64,000 nt of DNA from Eutreptiella sp. 'Long Island Sound 2002' (Eukaryota > Protista > Euglenida), in the NCBI GenBank assembly GCA_964036045.1, contig OZ038378.1:2046001-2110000 (forward strand), in the 5' to 3' direction. The notes beneath the pieces were generated by a model, which was not told where the DNA came from, did no database searches, and worked only from the letters and a program-made list of their open reading frames with translations. Every line of letters starts with the position of its first letter. Position 1 is the stretch's first letter. This document shows positions 35,620-46,049 of the stretch, piece after piece. The position numbers and the translations under genes were made by a program.

Positions 35620-37020
35620 CCACCACGTTTGACACTCGTTCCCGACCGCCACCCATGAGTTTTTGGCTCATACTTTGTGTGGTTGTCCCTCACACCCATA
35701 GGTAGCATCCAGCAAAATTTTGGCCGAATCCGAAGCACCACGACGGAGCTGTGAATTTTCCCCATTTCGCGGGTGCTTGCTGCTTGCCTGCTGCTTGCTT
35801 GTTGCTTGCCAAACTTGTTAGGTCCACCCTAGACACTAGAGAGGGTTATACAACCAAGACTGGTTCCACCAGCTCGGTGACCCTAACCCTAATCAAGCCT
35901 GAATATTGGGACCGAGTTGGTGGGGGAGGGAACATCAGCTATGACTGGTGAGGGACACCAAGAATGATTCACGCATTGATGGCTCTTGACAAAGTGAAAT
36001 CAGCTTGCAAGTGAACCCCATCACCACGAGGCCCACTTTCAAGGCTTTTTGGACTTCTAAGGGGCCAAAATGCCCCAAAATGGGCTCAAAATGGGCTCAT
36101 TTTGCCCGTTTGTGCAGCCCAAATGGTCTAGGATGAGGTTTGGAAAAATGCGTTTTTGACCCATTTTTGGTCCCAAAACAGCCCATTTTCAAGGCATTTT
36201 AGGATTTTCAGAGGACCAAAATGGGCCACCACAAGCTCAAAACGGCCCAAAAACACTTGTTTTACCGTCGCACATGGTCTAGGATCATTTTTGAGAAGAG
36301 TCATCTTTTTGCCCCTACTGGACCCTGTTGAACCATTTGGGCACCCACCTGTTGGGGCTTGAGCTTGCAGCTTGCCGCAGCCTAGTGGGCCTAGGTATTG
36401 GGGTCTAGGCGTCCGTTTGGGCAATTCCGAGGGGTGGAAACCACAAAAAAGTGGGCGGTTGCTGGTGGAGTAGGTGCCCTCGGAATCGCATTTTGAGACA
36501 TGTAGCCAAAGATATGGCCTATTCTTGGTTTGTGGCTGTTGGCATTTTGAGCTTCTGGGGGCCTTTTTGGGCCGTTTCCAGGACATATCATGGAGTTAGA
36601 GGGCCGCAAAGAGCTCGTTGACACGGGGAGGTCAAGCCGCACGTGGAGTGTACCCACCGTTTCCCTTCGTTTGGCCGTTTTGAATGTGTTCCAGGGCTTT
36701 TTTGGCCCAAAAATGCTGTTTTTGGCCCTAAACTGCAGTTTTTGAAACTGAGGTCTGCCACTTGTGAATCCCGTTCCCGGCCGCCACCGTTGATTTTCTT
36801 GCTCAAACTTTGTGTGATTGTACTTCACACCCATAGGTATCATGCACCAAAATTTAAGCCGAATTTGAAGCACCACGGCGGAAATCTGATTTTTAGCCAT
36901 TTCGCGTGTGCTGCTTGCTTGCGTGCTGCTGCTGCTGCTAAACTTGGTAGGTCCACCCTAGACACTAAAAAGGCTTATAAAACCAAGACTGGTTCCACCA
37001 GCTCGGTGACCCCAGCCCTA
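35620..37020. repeat. Composite repeat with ~270-bp direct repeats (35620-35890 and 36760-37020)
   Basis: Both end ggtccaccctagacact...aagactggttccaccagctcggtgaccc followed by degenerate ccctaa hexamers. Confidence 0.8.
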
Positions 37021-37291
37021 ACCCTTACCCTAGCCCTAACCCGAGCCCTAGCTCTCACCCTAGGCTAGGGTTAGAGTGAGTGTTGGGGTCCAAAATGGAG
37101 AGTAATGATGTGGCAAAAGCAGCCATGAACGAAATTTTGGGGATCTTGTTCAGCCCACTCAAAATGGTCAGGCCAAACCAGCCGGCTCCAAAGGTTAGGT
37201 TTATGATCATGGTATGGTTAGAGCGAGGCAAGGGGCGGTAAGGGGAGCCTGTGCCCCCCCCCCCCCCCACCACCACACATACCCAATTGTA

Positions 37292-37713
37292 CCACCCCCC
37301 CCCCTTGTCTAAGCTACGGCCGTGTCTAAGCTACAGTAGGCGTAGGGACCGTATTAATTTGGTACCTAATTTTAATTCGGTACCAAATTTAGTGCAACCA
37401 CATAAGACATGGGTTTGACGAATTTGCCAGGTACATAGGGTCATGTACACATTTGTTGTGAGTGTTTGCCCACTTGAACCCACATAACTCTGATTTTGGG
37501 GGTATTTGTGGATTATATTCCCCCTTCTTGCACTAGCTCACCATGCAATCTTCTCTTTTTGAACCCGGACGCCCGGTTATTTTCACACGTTCCACGTGTG
37601 TGTCAGTAGTTGTATATGTCGCGCGCAAGCTACGGCCGTGTCTAAGCTACAGTAGGCGTAGGGACCGTATTAATTTGGTACTTTGGCGTAGCTTAGACAA
37701 GGGGGGGGCGGGG
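37292..37713. mobile_element. 422-bp MITE, TA TSD, copy 2
   Basis: Identical by eye to 29906-30326 except one extra G in the right TIR run; TA at 37290-37291 and 37714-37715. Confidence 0.92.
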
Positions 37714-40700
37714 TAGCACACAGACCAATGAAATGTCAAATGAGATGGTGAATTTCAAAAGCCAACTCTTTTTCTATTGAATGATGCAACTGCCACAAAT
37801 CCTTGCCGAAAGCAAACCCTGCAGGTGGTGCCGGATATGCTGTTGCACCCATTTTGATACCATCGAAATCAGGTCTTTTGCCACACCACACCGAACCAAA
37901 GCCGCTCTGCACCGTGTAGGGGTGCCTTTTAGTCCAAGTTTTGTTGGATGGGCTGCTGAAATCTGAATCTAACTCCACAGAGTTTCAGGCAATACCTCAA
38001 TCATGGCAGACAAGGATACATGCAGCAACCCAAAGGGGCTCAGTTCCAGAAATTGCCAAAATGGCAAACAATGAGGCCGTCTGGAGGAATCCCCTCGCAG
38101 AAATTGTTGGACCAAAACCACGCAGGCCTGAATGTATGGAAAAATGCCACATACACCCCCCCTTTTGGGGCAGATCTGCATATCATGCCCCAAGGGTTAA
38201 ATTGGTTTTTTCAACCTGGCCCGTTCTGAATACAATACTCATCAAGGGTTTGCACCTGAACTGTTACGGACAAGCATAGAGTCCTTGACCTCTCTGGTTG
38301 ACACATGGGTTCACTCATATGTCTAGATGCATGCTTCTCAGGCCCCCCAGTCCATAGCCGAGCTTCTGGCAGACTTCGACCATTTCCTTGTGACTACGGA
38401 GCCAATCTCAGAATCTTCGGTTTCGTTAAATCCCGGCCAAATCTTTTGTCTCATGTGATGCAAATGAAATAGTGCCTTGTTGTAGTGTTGTGCCGTGTCA
38501 CACTGTGCAACTAAGATCAACTTAGTGTCCCAACGATCGGAAATGCACAGTGTGAGACCACAAGTCGAGATAGGTTTGAAATTGTAGGGTACATTCCGAG
38601 ACCAACTCGGTACCTCCCCACAAGATTTTGCGTGCGCCAACTAATTCCCTAGCGTGTGCCAAATGGTGACTTGGTGCGCACCAAATCCTGTCGGATCACA
38701 AAAAGCTGATCATGGTTGCAACACTGCTTCCTTGCCAAGCATGGTGTTCTATGCCCTTACTGCATGCCTCATTTTGGGCCTATCAATTGTGTCCCACATT
38801 TGATCTCCCCATTTGCCCTAGTAATTTTTTTTATGTGTGACAATTAATGGCCCCAAGAAGAAGGGGGGCAAGAAGGGTGCCATGGCAAAAGACCCTCCCA
38901 TGGTGATAGTCACCGCCCTAGGTGCAGGCTTGAGGCGCAATCTGCAGTTGAGTCAGCACAAGCACCAGCACCAACAGCAACGGGATCTGTGCAGCGGGTG
39001 GAATTTCAGAAGGTGTCCACGGTGGTGGACCAGCATGCAAAATTAATGGTGACGAGTTTCCAGAATGCGTTCCTTCAGGTGATGTATGAATTATTAGTGG
39101 AGAAAGGGAACGACCTCCCATAGGTGCCACAGGGTGGGAGCAGCCATATTGGAGGCAAAGGGGTCGGAGGCGATGGCGGAAACGGTGGATGATCTGTGGC
39201 GTGTGGATATGACAACCTGTAGAATAGTGCTTAGTAAGGGTGGTTTAAGCAACCAAGCTGGAGTTGCGCGCCAATCATTCTTCAAGTCTTTCGGATTAGT
39301 CAAGGGTAGGGGAGGCAGCACTGGATGCACTGAACCGAACTGTGTCCTTGTGCACGGGTGCGGCTATTTCCCAGAAGTATGTCAACCCGGTAGTGCCTTT
39401 TGAGGGGCAACTGGAAGAGGACCCTGCTGACCAGTGTTGGGTTTGGGTTGATCCCGTGCACACAAGCCTTTGGCAACAGCATTCCAAAGACCACATATTG
39501 CCTTGTGTCCCAAATATACAACGTGGACACCCATAATAATCTCCGCAGGGTTCTTTGCATGTGGCTACCAGCAGCTGTTCAATGCACTTCCAAAGGAGTT
39601 GTTCAACCGCTTGTGCGCGGTGGAAACACCCCCGCCCCTCCCCTCCCCCACACGAGGAGATGGACCTTGTTCACTTGCAGCCGTCGGACCAAGGCGGTGG
39701 CGGTACTAGACTATTTTGGAAGTGCCAGACGCATGGATGGACCTGCGATAGGACTTGTCATACACGGTGTTAAAGGTGTTGCCCGCATTAGCTGTCCGCA
39801 TGGACTAGTTGCTGTCACCAGTTGCCGTCCTAGCCCTGAAGAGCTTCCAATGGCCGCACCGCGACCTCGCTGTCTAATGGAAGCTGGCAGTAGCGGGGCA
39901 GGTCATTTTCATCGAGTTGGATGAAAGCCCTCCAAGCAAGAGTTTGCAAGTTGCCCGCATTACCTATCAGGGATATCACGTGTCCCATAGGGGGGACATT
40001 GTGGTGCAACCACCCTGCAGCCTGACAGTGCTAAATGGCACCACCGTCCGCCATGGGGCAAGGGGGCCGGCAGGTTGTTTTTATTGTGTAACTGCCCTAG
40101 GGCCTCTGTACCTCGTTGTTGACAGTGGAGCCAGAAAACACCACCGCATAGATGGTCAGTCCCCATGTTGCAGGGTGTTGAAGAGGAGGAGGAGGAGGCC
40201 CCATAGGAGGTGTGAGAAGGTGGCCCGGTTCAATGAGCTTCTGACGAACCAGCTGTACCAGCCACAATGACAAAGACCTACTCGAGCACTTTAGTTTCAG
40301 CGGGTGAGGACATTGCCGTACCAATGCTCTATCTTGGAGACGTGATGTCACCGCAATTTTAGTGTGTTTGTCTGTAAGGGCATCCACTGTGTCTGTGTGT
40401 GTCTGTCTGTCTGTGGGTGGGTGGGTGTCGGGTGGGTGGGAAGGACTACGGGCATCTGCTGGCGCTTGTTTCCTACAGAAAGGCGCCTATTGGCGTTGAA
40501 CATGCCTTTTGGTTGACTCCAACTGACGAGGATTCACACTCAGCCACCATTGTTGTGCTGTGTTTCGCAATCATGTGTGTGTGGGTGGGTGTCGGTATGT
40601 ATGTATGTGTGTGTGCGTGTCTGTGTGTGTTTGCATTACAAACGCCTCATTCCCAAGGGACCGCTCTAGTTACCGTCAAACCGCCGTCGGCCCTCCTCCA

Positions 40701-41032
40701 ACCGCGGTCAGCTGCCCTCCACTCGCCATGGGTTGCCCCTCCAACCGTCGATCGCCCGCCGTTTGTTGTGTTGGTTTGCCCCGAGGGAGTGCCCTGCATC
40801 ACCCCATATTCCTCTGCTTTAACACAAAGCCATCGGCTGCACACATTCCTTCGATGGTCAGTGAAAGCCCTGCGTCCCTCGGCTGTTCAGGCAGATCACG
40901 CTGTGTGTACCCCAGCGATGCAGGGCCCTTGCCTGTCACCTGCTGCAGAGACATCCATGGCCCATTCCGTCGACGCCTGATCCGTGAGGCCCAGTGCCCC
41001 TGCCAGACCATTCCCTCACAACTGCGGCCGTG

Positions 41033-41281
41033 ATGTGGGGCAAGTGGTCCCCGACCCGGGACACCGCCGTGGACCTCGGGATCTACCAGCCGCTCTACGA
41101 GCGGCGGCTGCAGGAGTACCGCAACGAGCGGGAGCGCTGGAGGCGGCGCGGCGAGCGGCCGCCGGCCCCGGCGGGCAAAGAGGAGGAGGCGGCGCCATAC
41201 TCGCTGCACAAACTGGCCGGGGCGTGCGGCTCGTCCTTCCTGATGGGCGTCCTGTGTGCCACGCCCTACTATGGCTGCCAG
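41033..41281 (+). CDS. Tim17/Tim22/Tim23 family mitochondrial inner-membrane protein, exon 1 (83 codons)
   Basis: GC3-rich block from ATG 41033 to CAG|GT donor (41282-41283), phase 0; encodes ...AGACGSSFLMGVLC (TM1). Confidence 0.8.
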
Positions 41282-41660
41282 GTCTCTGCCTGGTCCTTTT
41301 GGTGCTTCTGTTGCCGGCTGCTGCCTAATTGCCTCGGGAGGTGGGTGGAGGGGGGAGAGGGGATGTCGTTCGAGGCCCTTGATACCCCGGTGGGGGTTGC
41401 GGAAAGGGGCTGCCCTCACAGGGCCCTAATAAAATGGAGCAGTCCTGGCTCTGAAATTGGGTGAACGAAAAAGAGTTGGAAAAAATCCCCCACGTAACAC
41501 AGCCCTCAAAATGATCCGCGTGTCGCGATCATTTTGAGGTATGTGTGTGGGATACCCCGCAGCCCGCCCCCTCCCCCCCCTCCCGTGCGAACCCGTCTGG
41601 GGCTCCTGTCATGAGAGCCCCCCCCCCCCCCCCCAGGGGGGCGGGGGGGGGGGGGGGCTC

Positions 41661-41675
41661 CTTTCTGAGTGTCTA
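41661..41675 (+). other. 15-nt exact match to the 5' part of the euglenid spliced-leader exon
   Basis: CTTTCTGAGTGTCTA versus the Euglena SL as I recall it, ACTTTCTGAGTGTCTATTTTTTTTCG; the U-rich 3' half is absent. Inside the Tim17-like intron. Confidence 0.55.
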
Positions 41676-41759
41676 GGATGGTTGGCAGCAGGACGGATTG
41701 AACACAACACATTGGACTGACGGCTCGTGGCGGTCGTGGCGAGACAGTAGGCAGTGGCA

Positions 41760-41815
41760 ATGGTGGTGGTGGTGGTGGTGGTGGTGGTGGTGGTGGTGGT
41801 TGTGGTGGTGGTGAC
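41760..41815. repeat. (GGT)n microsatellite in intron
   Basis: Direct inspection. Confidence 0.95.
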
Positions 41816-43352
41816 ATCCGGTTATTGGGCAGTGGTGGCTACGTGAGTGGTAGGGTGTGGTGGTGATGTTGGCGACGGGGCGACAGGTCGTGTGGCCATA
41901 GTGGTGGTAGGGCGGCAGGTAGTGGCAGCGGCAGCAGGTGCGGCGGGGCGCTGTGAATTGGCAATGGCGGCAGTGGTGGTGGCAGAGAACTACGCAACGG
42001 TGACTTGGTCAGTGGTGGGGTGCTGGGCGGTGGCGGCGGTGTTGGTGACAGGGTGGTGGGTGGTGGTCACGGCGGTGGGGGCGGGGCGGTGGGTGGAGGG
42101 GATGGCTGTGGTGGCGAGGCGCTAGGCAAGAGTGGTAGCAATGGTGCCGAGATGGTGGGCGGTGAGGGTGGCGGCATCTGATACACCATGAGGGAGTGCA
42201 ATAAGCAAGAAATGCAAAGGCAGCCGAAACACCCAAGTGTCGTAGACGAACTTTTTGAGCACGCACACTTTGATGTCACTCCCATTCTCACATGCTCCCA
42301 CACCATTCCCATGCACTCCCACACCATTTCCATACCCTGCCACACCATGCCCGCGCCATAGCCCACCATTCTCACACGCGATGTGAAAGCCGTGTGCTTT
42401 CTTTCCGGTGAGGGGAAGGGAATTCTGACTTGGTGGTCTTGCTTGCTCAATTTGAGCACGGAGGGCTGCATTGTCTTTCTCGAATCTGTGAATGTGTTCT
42501 TCTACGCGATGCCTCTTCTCTTTTCTTGCTTGATACCCTTTGCACTTGCCAATCTGTGTTCGACCTCATGTGACAAAGTTCAGCATACTGCTAGCAAGCA
42601 TCATTGGCCATGCCGTTTACCCATATCACATACTGATTTGGCCGCTGTTCTCTGGCCTTTGCAAACCCGCTCATTTTTCTTGGCCGCTCCTCGTCGCTGG
42701 ATGCACATGCACCAAAGTCTGCCTCTTCTGAACTTGGAGTGCTTCAGAAGATATATCGACAGAAAGTAACATGATGTACCACCACAATTGCCCACCACAA
42801 TCACCAAGACTCTTCGTTCACTAAAGATTGGTTTGGCACCTTGTGGAGCACCTGCTTTGGGGACCCCCAATACGGCAGGGGTTATGTAGCCATTTTGCCC
42901 ACACGTGGGCCCCCAAGACGGCAGGGGTCATGGAGCCATTTTTGCTTTCCTCCCTGCTTCAGGGAGCACCACACACGTGAGAGTCCCCACGCCATCCATT
43001 CGGCGGGGGGGGGGGGGGCGCTTTACGGCGCAAGCCCCGTGCCAGCACAACGCCAGGAAAAGGTGCCCACTCCCCGTGTCTCCACCTCACGGAGTATGCA
43101 CCGCACGACTCAGGGCGTGCACCTTGTATTGCACCCGGGCATAGGTGTGTGTGTGTCCCCCTGACCAATAAGGCATGCCCGGCGAGACTGGAAGTGTCCC
43201 TGCGACGGACCCGGGCCAGGGCTTGGGCCCAGGAGCGGGGGTGGGGGTCCTGGAAAAGAGGCTCAAACGGCCCCGGTGCCCTCCTTTTCCCCGCAACCCC
43301 CTGCCCTTCCGCTGCCAGCCTCTGCGCACCGTCCCACGCCCGTTCGTTGCAG

Positions 43353-43700
43353 ACCGCGTTCCGGGCGGCGAAGGGGCACCGGCTGCGGTCCGCGTGGGCG
43401 GCCGTGCAGACGGAGGCGCCCCGCATGGGGGGCCTGGTCGCGACGTTCAACCTCGCGCTCACGTCGTCGATGTGGGGGGTGTCATACCTCCGGGGCACCA
43501 AGCCGGAGGAGGAGACCAACTACCTGGTCGGGGCCTTCATGGCCGGGGCCCTGCTGTCGGCCCGGCGGGGGGTGTGGGCGAGCGTCAGCTCCGGGGCATG
43601 GGTGTGCCTGTTCGTGTACCTCATCCACTACGCGCGGGGCAAGCAGCCGGCGGTGGATGGGGCTGGGACGCCGGACGGCCAGCTTCCCATTGGGCAGTGA
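43353..43700 (+). CDS. Tim17/Tim22/Tim23 family protein, exon 2 (spliced product 198 aa)
   Basis: ttcgttgcAG acceptor 43351-43352; GHRLRSAWAAVQTEAPRMGGLVATF..YLRGTKPEEETNYLVGAFMAGALLSARRG matches the Tim17/PRAT pattern; TGA at 43698-43700. Confidence 0.85.
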   Translation, partial: TAFRAAKGHRLRSAWAAVQTEAPRMGGLVATFNLALTSSMWGVSYLRGTKPEEETNYLVGAFMAGALLSARRGVWASVSSGAWVCLFVYLIHYARGKQPAVDGAGTPDGQLPIGQ

Positions 43701-46049
43701 GTGGGGGGGGGGGGGGTTGCGATTCGCAATTTTTCGCAATTTTGTGCAATTTTTTGTTTGAAGAGACACAGAATTATTCTGAGCCACCTGGGCAGAATTG
43801 TTGCTCTTTGAGGCTTCGGGAGGTTTGGTTGCGGCCCCGCGATTTTTTTCACAATTTTCCCGCAATTGTTGGCATTTTTGCGCAATTCTTTTTTCCCGCA
43901 ATTCTTCGCATTTTCCGCCATTTTCCGCCATTTTCCCGCATTTGTTCGCAATTGGATTGGACCCTCTTTAACCCCCCCCCCCCCCACCCACCTGCAGTAA
44001 GGGCCTCGCCATGGGCGGTGGCGCAGCGTCTGCCTTTGACGGGTCGCGACGCCGCGCGCGCAGCACCTTCTGCGAGCGGTCATGCCATTCTCCCCCCCCT
44101 CCCCCCGCTCCCCCCACCCACGGCCTGTGAATGGGGAAGAGGCAATCCAAAGGGGGTCTCAGGTGCGGTGGCCTGCGACTGGCCAAGCCTCGGACGGTTC
44201 CAAAACGGTTGGGGGCAGACGGAAGTGGTTGCGGCGGGGCGGACCCCCCAGGCAGAGGTACAGCGCCCGCCTCGAGCACCTGCCTCACCGCGCCCCTCAC
44301 CCCTTTAACAAGTCCTCACCGACAAGGGCCCATTGGGGGTTGGGGGGGGGGGGTTCCCGCAGACCCGAGACCCCAGCCGTTGGTTAGGGGCCCATGTACA
44401 ACAAAAAGGTTGTTCAGGACCTGGGCCCAAATCGACGTAAGCGTCCACAATACCCACAAAGGTTCCCCCCCCCCACTCCCCAGGGCGGAGTGACCAATCC
44501 ACGCCACGATTCTGGAGAAAGCGCTACCTTCTCGGGGGACAACAAGAGGGCGGAATTGCTACAGATCCACTGCATTCTCCGGGTCCCAGTGGCTAGCTCA
44601 CCTCTGCCTTCTCGGGGGCCCACAAGAGGGCAAAATTGCTACAGAACCACTGCATTCTCGGTGGTCCCCAACAAGGAGGACCAAATCAGAGGTGGCTACC
44701 TCACCCCCGCCTTCTCGAGGGCGAACGGCCAAGAGGTGGGGACGGTGACCTTGCGCGTGACTCCACCAGCACCAGCCACACAGAAGCACAAGCTGCGTGG
44801 GAGGAGGTTCAGGGACCGGATGATCGGACTGCGTGCTGCCTCCCACCGGTGGCCGCACCCTCGAACATCTGATCATGAACTGGCGGTAGTGTGGGTCGCG
44901 GAAGGAGTGGGTGGGCCTTCAGGGGACAACATCCCTGCTTCACGCCAGGACCATGCAACGTATCCCAGGGTCCCGCGCGACAAACCCACATCCGCTTTGG
45001 CGAGGGGGTGCTCAACACTTTGCATTTGCATTTTACCCATACAAACCCGTGTCCGTTTGGCCCTTTTAATTTCGCATCATGGAGCGAAGTGCGTGGCGGT
45101 GTGCCTTGACCTCTCTGTGGCCCCACCCCTTGCGCACGCTCGGACTTGGCTACCCCGGACTGGCTGATGAGTCTACCGTTGGCCTGCGACCTGTGGTGAA
45201 GGCCTTGTTTGTGTGGGAATGAGCAGAGGCTGTCAAAAAGGGGGGTCTTGGGCTTGGGTGCGGGGGCGAAAGCAGCGGCTGGCTATGATTGAAGCGGTTG
45301 GGGACCATCACGGGCGGTTGCAGAACGGTTGGAGAGCGGTTGGGAACAGACGGGAGCGCTTGGCGCGGGCACTGGCTCACAGCTCCATGCGTTTATCACC
45401 CAGCTGAGTATTTTGTGGCTAGAGATGGGAGCCAGAGACTGTGTCATGGCCCAACACGTGCACAGCTGCCTTCTGCATTTCAAAGACTGGCAGCCTTGTA
45501 TGAGTGCGAAGGCAGTGCCGTGGCAGCGCACGCATTGCAACTACAGTAGCGGGAGGGGGGGCGCATCTCAAAAGTCCAACGCAGGGTAGGTTTCTCAAAC
45601 CCCCGGGTTTCTTTCACACCTCTTTTTTGGACATTTTTTCCCTTTCCTTTTGTTGTTAGACGAAACGTCAGCCTCAAACCGCCGTAGGTTAACCGGTTAC
45701 CCTGCAACCTCCACTGGTTGACGCTCAAGTGCCATCCAATGGTGTGCCTAAATAGTGAACTTGCTGCTGGACGGCCCAATTTTTTTCTATTTGAATTACA
45801 ATGCTTGTTCAGCCCGCATGAACTGCTGAAAGCAAGCCCGTTCACTGCAATCCAGGCATCGCTTGTGATCGCGTGGTGCTTTGATTCACTGAGGAGGATT
45901 CATTGCCCTTTGGGAAGGAGAAAAGAAATTGCACGTTGGGATGTTGACGTTGTTTGTGCAGCCTATTCATGTCCCTTCATACCCTGGATGCCGGTGTCCA
46001 TGGGGGATTGTACACAGAGGGGTAGGGTGGGGTGGAGTGGGGTGGGGTT

